Below, piece after piece: positions 8,807-16,541 of a stretch of 39,392 nucleotides of DNA. How positions within the stretch are numbered: the stretch's first letter is position 1; each line of letters starts with the position of its first letter. Location of the stretch: IMG/VR virus record IMGVR_UViG_3300040971_000114, positions 1 to 39,392 of that record; one strand, given 5' to 3'. This stretch comes from a virus. Taxonomy: Duplodnaviria > Caudoviricetes. The translations under genes were made by a program, and so were the position numbers. The notes beneath the pieces were generated by a model, which saw only the letters and a list, made by a program, of their open reading frames with translations, was not told the origin of the DNA and did no database searches.

Positions 8807-8881
8807 GCTTCGACAGCGACGAGATCTATATCTGACAGTATCATTATGGCTGGTAGGTAGAGATCTCGTCTATATCGAAGC
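8807..8881. other. Long irregular stem-loop between convergent genes
   Basis: Nested pairings GCTTCGA/TCGAAGC, GACGAGATCT/AGATCTCGTC, TATCT/AGGTA, CAG/CTG. Confidence 0.65.
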
Positions 8882-9228
8882 TACAGAGCGTATCTTTCCG
8901 GCTCTGACATATTACCCCAAGCTTGAGCTAACCAGACGTCGTTAAACTCGTCGCCGTAAAACAACGCCCGCTGTCTGTCGCCCATCAAGCGTACGTAAGC
9001 CTGTTGCGCTGGTGTCAACGTTGCTGTCCGCTTAGCTACGTGGAAATGCTTTTCAGCGGCTTTTGTGTAGCAGTCATAGCAATACGTGCCGTCGTTAACG
9101 TTTTTGTTTGCCTGTGGGTTCTTGTCATCTTTCCCGACCCACCGTCCACGTTGTCCACATGGGCAAACGTTTGTTCGAATGTTGGCATCGCCAAAAGCGC
9201 CCTCAATTTTTCTTTTTTCAAATTTCAT
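8881..9228 (-). CDS. Cys-containing (CPCG...CYDC) protein downstream of the replication initiator
   Basis: GGAGG RBS before MKFEKR (ATG 9228); four Cys could bind zinc. Confidence 0.65.
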   Translation of the reverse strand: MKFEKRKIEGAFGDANIRTNVCPCGQRGRWVGKDDKNPQANKNVNDGTYCYDCYTKAAEKHFHVAKRTATLTPAQQAYVRLMGDRQRALFYGDEFNDVWLAQAWGNMSEPERYAL

Positions 9229-9229
9229 T

Positions 9230-10093
9230 TTAATTTCCTCCAATTGCAGTTAAAACTTTTTCCGCTAACTCTTGCGGCAATTCGTCATCCCATCGCTCGC
9301 CGTTAAGATAAACTTCGGGATGAGGGATAAATTGTTTTTCTACCCCCCTCCAGAAATACGGGTCTGCGCTTCTGTCGAAAGCATGCCGTCCTCTCAGGTC
9401 TTGAATAATCTCGTCCTTCACTTTGTAGCACTCCTTGGCTTTCCATTTTGCGAATGCTCGCTTCTTGCCAACGAGCCTCGGGTAGAGCGACCAGAACTCG
9501 TCAAAACCCACCTCTCGTTTTTTTTCTTCTTCCCGTTTTTTTTGAATCAAGCTTTCGCGCTCATCGGCTTGTCGATGAGCAATAGTGTGATATGGCTTTT
9601 CATTATCCTGAGGCTGTGAGTTACTCTCTTGCTCATAATTAAGATCCTTACCTACTCCTACACTATACTGTCCATATTGCGTCCATTCGTCGTCCATGGG
9701 ACGTCCCAAACATTCATATTCTATTTCTTTTTTTATTCTGTCTTTTCTTTGCCTTGCTTCGGTTATCTTAATATTATCAATTGTTTGCAACAGCAGGTCT
9801 TTGTACTTACTATCCACTTTCCGGTCTGGCCTGATCAAATTATGGTCAAGCCAGTGCGTAATGTGAATTAAGAGTGGAGACGCTCTTAGAACGCTGGTAA
9901 TACGCTGGTGACACAGTCTTGATACAGAGTCAGTACGCGCTTTGATCATTCTGAGCACTTTTGATGCCTCCACAACACCGTCATCATCAGCATGCAAACA
10001 GAGCTGAACATAAAGGATTTGGTCTCGGGGATTAAGTTCTAGAAAAGCATCGGAAGTCATTATTGAAAGACTAAACATTCTTCGTTGAGCCAT
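9230..10093 (-). CDS. Phage replication initiator / replisome organiser
   Basis: N-terminal MAQRRMFS...SDAFL...LCLHADDDG and C-terminal FDEFWSLYPR...FIPHPEVYLNGERWDDE, both typical of phage initiators. Confidence 0.85.
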   Translation of the reverse strand: MAQRRMFSLSIMTSDAFLELNPRDQILYVQLCLHADDDGVVEASKVLRMIKARTDSVSRLCHQRITSVLRASPLLIHITHWLDHNLIRPDRKVDSKYKDLLLQTIDNIKITEARQRKDRIKKEIEYECLGRPMDDEWTQYGQYSVGVGKDLNYEQESNSQPQDNEKPYHTIAHRQADERESLIQKKREEEKKREVGFDEFWSLYPRLVGKKRAFAKWKAKECYKVKDEIIQDLRGRHAFDRSADPYFWRGVEKQFIPHPEVYLNGERWDDELPQELAEKVLTAIGGN

Positions 10094-10107
10094 AATTTTT
10101 CTCCATC

Positions 10108-10188
10108 AAAACCTCAATGCTTGGCGCAGTGAATTTTGCTGTGGGAAAAGGAGATTTGCCCACTCCGCGCCGAGCAAAGAGGGTTTTT
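10108..10188 (-). promoter_or_regulatory. Structured 5' leader of the replication gene
   Basis: Arms AAAACCTC/GAGGGTTTT, TGCTTGGCGC/GCGCCGAGCA and AGTG/CACT, lying between the promoter and the RBS. Confidence 0.6.
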
Positions 10189-10216
10189 AAATCGGTGATT
10201 TACAAAATTCAAAAAA

Positions 10217-10245
10217 AGCATACTTAAGAAAATCTTAAATGTCAA
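10217..10245 (-). promoter_or_regulatory. Sigma70 promoter for the replication operon
   Basis: Minus strand TTGACA-17 bp-TATGCT; spacer contains the inverted repeat TTAAGA-TTT-TCTTAA. Confidence 0.7.
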
Positions 10246-10265
10246 CAATAAAAATAATATCCCGG

Positions 10266-10542
10266 ACGGGATATTTTCCGGGATAACGGGATATTTTTCT
10301 GGGAAGCTGGGAAGCTGGGAAGCTGGGAAAGCACATCAAAAGCACATCAAAAGCACATCAGTTTTGCGTAAAGCATAAAATAATTGACATGTAAATAAAT
10401 ATCTGGTCAGAAATTAAATTCAAAAAGTCAGAAAATGGTTGGACAGCTAATTGCCTATATTTGTAGATAGTTGCAGTCAGTTGCAGATAGTTGCAACTCA
10501 TATGCAACTTCATTTGTAACCAAAGGAACTTCATTTGTAACC
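10266..10542. repeat. Patchwork of short tandem repeats
   Basis: ACGGGATATTTT x2, CTGGGAA(G) x4, AAAGCACATCA x3, AGTTGCA x3, AACTTCATTTGTAACC x2. Confidence 0.85.
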
Positions 10543-10558
10543 GTACCACAAAAAAGTA

Positions 10559-10588
10559 TTGACAAAAGAAAACATATCATGCTATGAT
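10559..10588 (+). promoter_or_regulatory. Sigma70-type promoter P2
   Basis: TTGACA-18 bp-TATGAT with TGn; shares AAAGTATTGACAAAAGAAAA with P1. Confidence 0.75.
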
Positions 10589-10666
10589 GCAATCATGATA
10601 ATCGACAGTTATCATAATAACGCTATGAAAATAGCATTATCTCAACAATTAAATGGAGGAAATCAA

Positions 10667-10840
10667 ATGCAAACTACATCAAAAGAAATCCAATCTTTTA
10701 TCGCTTTTACAAAAATGATCGGCAAAATCTCAATGAAGAAAAACTGCTTCGAAGACGAAAGAGAATTTTGTTTATCAGCATGTGAGAACTGCGAATCAAG
10801 AGCTCTTGCCAGAGCTTACACAATGCCAACTGACTTTTAA
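10667..10840 (+). CDS. Small hypothetical protein (start revised to MQTTSK)
   Basis: GGAGG RBS; the upstream TTG start in the track is the -35 box. Confidence 0.7.
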   Translation: MQTTSKEIQSFIAFTKMIGKISMKKNCFEDEREFCLSACENCESRALARAYTMPTDF

Positions 10841-10857
10841 TCAAGGAGGCTAGCACT

Positions 10858-11007
10858 ATGATTAATACGCTCATAGAAATGCTGGACGACTTAGTCTTAA
10901 TGACTGAGTCGTCTAGCGCGGATCTTAACGAAATATTAACAATCAAACCTATCTATAATAACATAGGCGGATTAAATATCAATCATGAGGTAAAAAATGA
11001 AATATAA
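10858..11007 (+). CDS. Small hypothetical protein (49 aa, MINTLIEMLDDL...)
   Basis: Translated by hand; AAGGAGG RBS. Confidence 0.55.
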   Translation: MINTLIEMLDDLVLMTESSSADLNEILTIKPIYNNIGGLNINHEVKNEI

Positions 11008-11233
11008 TGGAATAGGCGTAGGCATTGATGAATCACTTGTGGATGCTCTCATTAGTTATCTGCGTCATAACGGAAAATATTTAAACTTTTACTTACGCGT
11101 TATAGCACACGGACAACCAGACCAACGAATAGAATCGGTTCTAACCGATGAACCCGTAGATGATTCTTTCTGCAAGGCAATTAGCCTTTTTGAATTCACA
11201 GACAATGGGTTTTCAATAATGGGCGATGAATAA
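10997..11233 (+). CDS. Hypothetical protein
   Basis: 78 aa; GAGGT RBS. Confidence 0.65.
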   Translation: MKYNGIGVGIDESLVDALISYLRHNGKYLNFYLRVIAHGQPDQRIESVLTDEPVDDSFCKAISLFEFTDNGFSIMGDE

Positions 11234-11255
11234 TTTTAATTTATGAGGTAAAAAC

Positions 11256-11585
11256 ATGCACGACTTATCAACAATACCATACGAGATGCACTTTAACATC
11301 ATGATATATTTATCTGTGAAAGATGCATTAGTATTTTTGAGCACAAACAAAGATCAAATAGCAGATCCTTTTGTTCACAACAAAGCAATTCAAAATTCGT
11401 TTTGGGGCGATCTAATTAACAGAGACTTTAGCTACATATATACAAAGCCTGTGTTTGATTGCAAAAGCAACTACATGATGTTTTTTAAAAAGATAAGCAT
11501 ATTCGGCAAGGAATGGGGGAAGGAGTTAATAGAGATGGAAAGGCTAACTGATGATAATATGCAAGTAGATTTGACGAAATGGTAA
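11256..11585 (+). CDS. F-box-like protein 1
   Basis: LSTIPYEMHFNIMIYLSVKDALVFLSTNK...FWGDLINRDF fits the F-box pattern LxxLPxE(I/L)xxxIxxxLxxxDxxxxxxxxK...LWxxLxxRDF; GAGGT RBS. Confidence 0.7.
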   Translation: MHDLSTIPYEMHFNIMIYLSVKDALVFLSTNKDQIADPFVHNKAIQNSFWGDLINRDFSYIYTKPVFDCKSNYMMFFKKISIFGKEWGKELIEMERLTDDNMQVDLTKW

Positions 11586-11682
11586 TATAAACTAACTAAA
11601 AATAGGGATATGATTACTAAATTATTACTAACAATAGCATTTATTTTTATTTTTCTACTATTGAAACATATAAAAAATAAAT

Positions 11683-11931
11683 ATGAAAAAAACAGTACTT
11701 TTATTGCTCGTTCTAGCTACTACAGGCTGCACAAACCAAAAGACAGCTTTAAGAACCTTAGAACTAAAAGGATATAGGGTTATGGGCTTTAATGGCTATA
11801 GCTTAACTGGATGTGATTTTGAATGGCAATATGAACACACCAAATTTGTTGCCTTTGACAAAAAAGGAGAAATGTTATCTGGCGTTGTTTGTTCAGGCTG
11901 GGGTAATAGACCGATAATTAAATTAAATTAA
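11683..11931 (+). CDS. Phage lipoprotein
   Basis: Signal peptide with lipobox-like ATTG-C; GY...GY...C...GVVCSG pattern. Confidence 0.7.
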   Translation: MKKTVLLLLVLATTGCTNQKTALRTLELKGYRVMGFNGYSLTGCDFEWQYEHTKFVAFDKKGEMLSGVVCSGWGNRPIIKLN

Positions 11932-11935
11932 AATT

Positions 11936-12124
11936 ATGAATAGATACATGGATAGATATGTTGTTTGCGATTTTTGTAAAAATGAATTTAAGATAACCGA
12001 AACTGTTTATATTGAAAGCAGAGATAAAAAAAAGCTAAATTGTTTCTGCGATGGATGCGTAAAAAGCGCGCGCATTCTAAACAATAATTATCGATTCAAT
12101 AACAATGATAAACTACAAGTGTAA
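11936..12124 (+). CDS. Small CxxC...CxxC zinc-finger-like protein
   Basis: CDFC and CDGC motifs. Confidence 0.55.
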   Translation: MNRYMDRYVVCDFCKNEFKITETVYIESRDKKKLNCFCDGCVKSARILNNNYRFNNNDKLQV

Positions 12125-12275
12125 CTTTTGCGGCAGAGCATCTAGATTTTTTCATTTGATAAAATATGAGATGAACCATTCACTTTTTGCATGCAAAGAA
12201 TGTTCGAAAATTGTGCCTAAAAACATTAGATACGACGAATTAAAAAACTATTCTAAAATAAAAAACGATGAATAA
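12105..12275 (+). CDS. Small CxxC...CxxC zinc-finger-like protein (56 aa, MINYKCNFC...)
   Basis: Translated by hand; CNFC and CKEC; overlaps both neighbours as expected in an operon. Confidence 0.55.
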   Translation: MINYKCNFCGRASRFFHLIKYEMNHSLFACKECSKIVPKNIRYDELKNYSKIKNDE

Positions 12276-12516
12276 AACTAAAAACATTAACTTGCTTTCT
12301 AAAATTTGCTTGCAGAGATATAACGCATATCCATCAGGAGTAAGCAGAAAAAATTTTAGAATATTGACAGATCAGATACTAGATGATTTTTCTATAAAAG
12401 TACTAAAGGTTAGCCCGCAAGACCAAACAACGCCATGGTCTTCTGAAACTGGGCAACAATACGAAAAGTTTTTATTGTCAGCGTATCGAAATAAATGGTA
12501 TGTAAAAAAGGCTTAA
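12268..12516 (+). CDS. Hypothetical protein
   Basis: 82 aa; last gene before the convergent RNA ligase. Confidence 0.55.
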   Translation: MNKTKNINLLSKICLQRYNAYPSGVSRKNFRILTDQILDDFSIKVLKVSPQDQTTPWSSETGQQYEKFLLSAYRNKWYVKKA

Positions 12517-12535
12517 TCTTTAATTATTCATTTTA

Positions 12536-13555
12536 TTATTTTTCATTAAGCAGGTATTTATTAGATATTGCTTTAAATGAATGCTTTTTACCATCAGCCC
12601 TAAACTGTCTAAACACCAAACCCTCTCTTTGTTGATTTTCATTTATAGAGCTTTTGCCATCAGCCATAGCCAATAAATCATCTATCGTTTCATCGCGTAT
12701 TTGTAAAAAACCAGCAAGGATTGTCACGCATGTTACATGATAGATTTTGCAAAACGCAACCCAGTCCCACACAGCTAAGTACTCCTGTAGATTGATATCA
12801 TATACGCCAAAACAGAAGAATTTTTGATCTAACATTTTATACGGGTTGCCTTGTATGCCAGCACCAATAATTTCCCCCTGAAAAGCATAATTTTCGGGAA
12901 GAGCAAAATTGCTATCTAGTTTTCTAGCGATTTTCCAATATATATTTTCTTCGGTTTCTTTTAATTCTAGGTTTCTAGAGCAGACGCGAAGCTCGTTATC
13001 TTTTTTAAAGATTGTACAGCTTGTACCATCTAGTTTTTCAGTAACACAAAACCAATAAGAGCGCCTATTTCTCTCTATAAATTCAGCCATATTTTGCACT
13101 CTTTCCTCATCTGTTTTAGGGATGAAGTCAGGAAATAGGCCTTTTGCTATCCCTGCTATTTGAGCAGGAATTACCGCTTCATATTTTATAACGTTAAGTA
13201 ATTCTGAAACATCATCCTCAGCTTTTGCATTTTGTATTTCTGGGAATATATGCAAAGAAAGGGCTAGCCCTTGCGATAACTCGCCTTTCAATTTGATTGT
13301 GCGAAGCTTATATCCAGATACTTCCTTTCCTTCATGTAAGCAACTTTTAACGCCCCGATAGGCCATAAAAGAAAATCTTTCATCAACAGGCAATAGTGAA
13401 TCAATCTCGAAATAAACACAAAGATCTCCGACGCTAAATTCGTTTTTTTTAACGACGACCCACCATCCTCTAACTTTAACTTTCTCTATATTATCAGCAA
13501 AAAGTATGTCTTTTTTTTCTAGAATGGTTTCTATAGTCGCTAATTTTCTATTCAT
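12536..13555 (-). CDS. RNA ligase, DRB0094-like family
   Basis: N-terminal GDLCVYFEIDSLLP/LSQGL module; adenylation motif TEKLDGTS; FQGEIIG, REGLVFR and FKAISNKYL. Confidence 0.9.
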   Translation of the reverse strand: MNRKLATIETILEKKDILFADNIEKVKVRGWWVVVKKNEFSVGDLCVYFEIDSLLPVDERFSFMAYRGVKSCLHEGKEVSGYKLRTIKLKGELSQGLALSLHIFPEIQNAKAEDDVSELLNVIKYEAVIPAQIAGIAKGLFPDFIPKTDEERVQNMAEFIERNRRSYWFCVTEKLDGTSCTIFKKDNELRVCSRNLELKETEENIYWKIARKLDSNFALPENYAFQGEIIGAGIQGNPYKMLDQKFFCFGVYDINLQEYLAVWDWVAFCKIYHVTCVTILAGFLQIRDETIDDLLAMADGKSSINENQQREGLVFRQFRADGKKHSFKAISNKYLLNEK

Positions 13556-13886
13556 TATTTAACTCCTTAGATAATTTTTCAACTCTGTTATTTATATCTT
13601 CCACATCTTCCCCAAGATCCTTTAAAATTAAATCATTATCAATAACCCCTTTTAGGTTTAATTTCTCGGCAAGCTTTAGCAGAATAAGATATTCTTGCAA
13701 TATTAAATTATGCGGATTTCGTTTTTTGTTAGACCGACAAATATAACTATATTTTTTGCAATAGATTGTAGATATAGATTTGTCAACTAAACAGGCAAAT
13801 TGCTTAACTGTTAAGCCAAAATTATTTATTAACTTATCAAAGTATCTTGTAGTGCTTTTTTTCATGTGTTTTTGTGTAGTAATCAT
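13548..13886 (-). CDS. Putative helix-turn-helix DNA-binding protein
   Basis: GLTVKQFACLVDKSISTIY resembles an Xre/Cro HTH. Confidence 0.55.
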   Translation of the reverse strand: MITTQKHMKKSTTRYFDKLINNFGLTVKQFACLVDKSISTIYCKKYSYICRSNKKRNPHNLILQEYLILLKLAEKLNLKGVIDNDLILKDLGEDVEDINNRVEKLSKELNNE

Positions 13887-13897
13887 TTTGCCCCTAT

Positions 13898-14512
13898 TTA
13901 TATAGTGTTATTTTTATTTTCCCATCCAAGCATATCAAGCAATTTACCGGATCTTTTTGGATGATTCATTTTCCGTAATGCTTTAAACTCTATTTGCCTA
14001 ACCATCTCTCTTGTAATATTAAATTCTTTTGATACTTCATCTAGAGAACAGTCTTTTTTTCCGTTTATGCCAAACCTCATTTCCAATACTTTTTTTTCTC
14101 TTGGCTTTAAATAACTTAATTGCTCCATAAGCTCCTTGTTTATAGTTACGCTATCTATTTCATCATCAACATATTCTATAGAAGAAAATTTATCGCTATT
14201 ATTAGCAAGAAACGCCAACTCTTGAGCATCAGCATATAGTTCTATTTTTTTATTTTCAATAATGTATTTTTGCTCTTCGGTAATAATGTCTTCGGGTTCG
14301 CAGCTAAATACTTCACATAATCTGTTTACTATAAGAATCCATTTTCCATCACTATCAATCAATGGCCTCTGCATTCTTATTATTTCACCGACTTGCTGTT
14401 GGTGAAGCTTGTATTTTCTACAAAATCCAGCAACGCTTTTACATCCTGTGTCTAATATTTTCTGATAAAGTAAATTGTTTTTTATCTTAATTTCGATTTT
14501 ATATTCTTTCAT
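13898..14512 (-). CDS. Xre-like HTH fused to sigma70 region 4
   Basis: C-terminal [15 protein letters not shown]...[33 protein letters not shown] closely follows RpoD region 4; N-terminal [11 protein letters not shown]...[13 protein letters not shown] is HTH-like; no region 2 visible. Confidence 0.8.
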   Translation of the reverse strand: MKEYKIEIKIKNNLLYQKILDTGCKSVAGFCRKYKLHQQQVGEIIRMQRPLIDSDGKWILIVNRLCEVFSCEPEDIITEEQKYIIENKKIELYADAQELAFLANNSDKFSSIEYVDDEIDSVTINKELMEQLSYLKPREKKVLEMRFGINGKKDCSLDEVSKEFNITREMVRQIEFKALRKMNHPKRSGKLLDMLGWENKNNTI

Positions 14513-14573
14513 GCATCATTTACCCCTATTTTTATAGTGTTTTTTATATAATAAAAATAAATTAAAAAAAGTA

Positions 14574-14603
14574 TTGACAAATGCGTAACGCATATGCTAA
14601 CAT
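14574..14603 (+). promoter_or_regulatory. Sigma70-type promoter P3 with palindromic spacer
   Basis: TTGACA-18 bp-TAACAT with TGn; spacer holds ATGCGT-A-ACGCAT (14581-14593). Confidence 0.7.
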
Positions 14604-14650
14604 AACTTTGTCAAATTAATAATTTGAACATTGTTGAGATGGTGAAAGGA

Positions 14651-14682
14651 AAAAAGGGGGAGAATCGACAGCCCCCCTTTTT
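14651..14682 (+). terminator. Terminator-like hairpin just downstream of P3 (possibly bidirectional)
   Basis: AAAAAGGGGG-N12-CCCCCTTTTT. Confidence 0.6.
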
Positions 14683-14766
14683 ACGAAGGATAATCAAAAT
14701 GCTTCACTAACTTTCCCAGCATATCAAATTATTAAAATTCAATCAACAATTAAATGGAGAAATGGA

Positions 14767-14943
14767 ATGATAAACTACAAATCTTTTGATTGCGACTGGG
14801 AAACTTCGAATTACAGAAATGATCCTGAGCGCAGCCTAACCCCACCTGAAGATGATTGTTGCGATGACGAAGACGGCCTTGATGTCGACGCATACAATGA
14901 TAACCAAGTCCTTGAAGTTTACTTCAACGGCGATAGCAATTAA
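14767..14943 (+). CDS. Small highly acidic protein (58 aa)
   Basis: MINYKSFDCDWETSNYRNDPERSLTPPEDDCCDDEDGLDVDAYNDNQVLEVYFNGDSN; GGAG RBS; translated by hand. Confidence 0.65.
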   Translation: MINYKSFDCDWETSNYRNDPERSLTPPEDDCCDDEDGLDVDAYNDNQVLEVYFNGDSN

Positions 14944-14961
14944 ATTTAAAAGGAGAACAAC

Positions 14962-15147
14962 ATGCTAATACTTTCACGAAAAATTAATGAAGAAATCACC
15001 ATTGGCGACAATGCCGAAATTGTGGTTACAATCCTCGAGACAAACGGAGGTAATGTTAAGATTGGTATTTCTGCACCTAAACAAATACCAGTTCATCGGA
15101 GGGAGATATTTGAGAAGATCAAAAGTGATGAGGAGGGTAAAAAATGA
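14962..15147 (+). CDS. csrA: Carbon storage regulator CsrA/RsmA homologue
   Basis: MLILSRKINEEITIGD...VKIGISAPKQIPVHRREIF, including the conserved HRxE arginine. Confidence 0.93.
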   Translation: MLILSRKINEEITIGDNAEIVVTILETNGGNVKIGISAPKQIPVHRREIFEKIKSDEEGKK

Positions 15148-15590
15148 GCGCGCGACAAGAACTACAGAAATATAAAGATGAATATTTGAAGCTCGATATT
15201 AAAAAAGACCTATCAGGAAAAGAGGCTATGGAAGCAGTGAGGCAGAATGGATATGCTCTGCAATATGTAAAAGAGCAAACAGCAGAGATATGTTTGGAAG
15301 CAGTGATGCAGGATGGACATGCTCTGGTATATGTAAAAGAACAAACAGAAGAAATATGTTTAGCGGCAGTGGAGAATACTGGAAATGCTCTGGTATATGT
15401 AAAAGAGCAAACAGAAGCCATATGTTTAGCGGCAGTGAAGCAGTATGGAAATTCTCTTCGATATGTAGACCCGGTGTTTTTCAAATCTTCAGAACAAGTT
15501 CAAGACGAAAAAATACTTGAGCTTAAAAAAACTCTAGATTCAACGATAGAAAGACTGAATGAAATATATAACAAAATTGGAAAGCAATAA
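15144..15590 (+). CDS. DUF4116-type repeat protein
   Basis: About four repeats of AVxQxGxALxYVKEQTxxICL, also visible as DNA repeats. Confidence 0.8.
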   Translation: MSARQELQKYKDEYLKLDIKKDLSGKEAMEAVRQNGYALQYVKEQTAEICLEAVMQDGHALVYVKEQTEEICLAAVENTGNALVYVKEQTEAICLAAVKQYGNSLRYVDPVFFKSSEQVQDEKILELKKTLDSTIERLNEIYNKIGKQ

Positions 15591-15616
15591 TATTAACTTA
15601 ATTGGAGGATAAAAAA

Positions 15617-16513
15617 ATGAGTAAACTAAAAGCAATTAAACCAGAGCCAGTACAAAAAAGGCTTAAAATGTTCGTTTATGGAGCAGCAGGCGTAGGTAAA
15701 ACTACAGCAGCTATTAACTTTCCGCAATCTTACATTTTAGACTTAGAAAAAGGCACTGACTTTTACGCAAATACAATAAATAAATCAAATTCTGTTGTAT
15801 TGCAAACCAACAACCCTGATGAAATTAAAGATCAGATTCAAGCTTTGTTAGTTGAAGCTCACGAATATAAAACTTTAATCATAGACCCAGTAACTCAATT
15901 ATATAATTCAATCCAAGAAAAGTGGACAAGAACATTTGAGCGATATGCAAAGTCTGAAAAAGAAAAAGAAATCCAAGATTTTGGCATGAGATACTGGGGA
16001 AAAGTTAAATCTGAATTTAAATCTATACAAAGACTATTGCTTGCTTTAGATATGAACGTTATTGTCACATCTCATCAAAAAGACGTTTACAGTGCTAGCA
16101 TGTCTAAAGTTGGAGTAACGTATGACTCCATGAAAGGAGACGATTATTTTTTCGATTTGATTTTTAGGGTTGAAAGAATAAATGGTGAGTTACACGCTTT
16201 TACTGTGAAAGAACGAGCAGAGATAAACGAAAGAAAATTTCCTGACTCTTTTGTTTGGACTTACGATAATTTTTGTAATTTTTACGGAAGAGAAATAATC
16301 GAAAAAGAATCTTCGCCAGTTATTTTAGCTAGCAAAGAACAGATAGAAAAAATGGTTAAACTAGCTAAACTAGTTAACTTGCAGGATGAAGTTATAAACA
16401 AATGGTTTACAAAGGCGAATGTTGACTCATGGGAAGAGATGACCGGAGAATGCATACAAAAATGTATAACCTTTGTAGAAAAACAATTGCAAGAAGTTTC
16501 TGAAAAAATTTAA
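15617..16513 (+). CDS. P-loop ATPase, Sak4/AAA_24-like phage recombination protein
   Basis: MFVYGAAGVGKTT, LDLEKG, TLIIDPVT, NVIVTSH; start revised to MSKLK after GGAGG. Confidence 0.8.
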   Translation: MSKLKAIKPEPVQKRLKMFVYGAAGVGKTTAAINFPQSYILDLEKGTDFYANTINKSNSVVLQTNNPDEIKDQIQALLVEAHEYKTLIIDPVTQLYNSIQEKWTRTFERYAKSEKEKEIQDFGMRYWGKVKSEFKSIQRLLLALDMNVIVTSHQKDVYSASMSKVGVTYDSMKGDDYFFDLIFRVERINGELHAFTVKERAEINERKFPDSFVWTYDNFCNFYGREIIEKESSPVILASKEQIEKMVKLAKLVNLQDEVINKWFTKANVDSWEEMTGECIQKCITFVEKQLQEVSEKI

Positions 16514-16541
16514 TAATTTTAATTTAAAAAGAGGAAAAAAA

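Noticed and set aside
10358-10549. 63-aa minus-strand ORF
   Set aside because: It lies in the tandem-repeat patch, has no convincing RBS, and its peptide repeats simply mirror the DNA repeats.
15180-15470. Diversity-generating retroelement template/variable repeats
   Set aside because: The repeats are in-frame DUF4116 units, and no reverse transcriptase is present in the genome.
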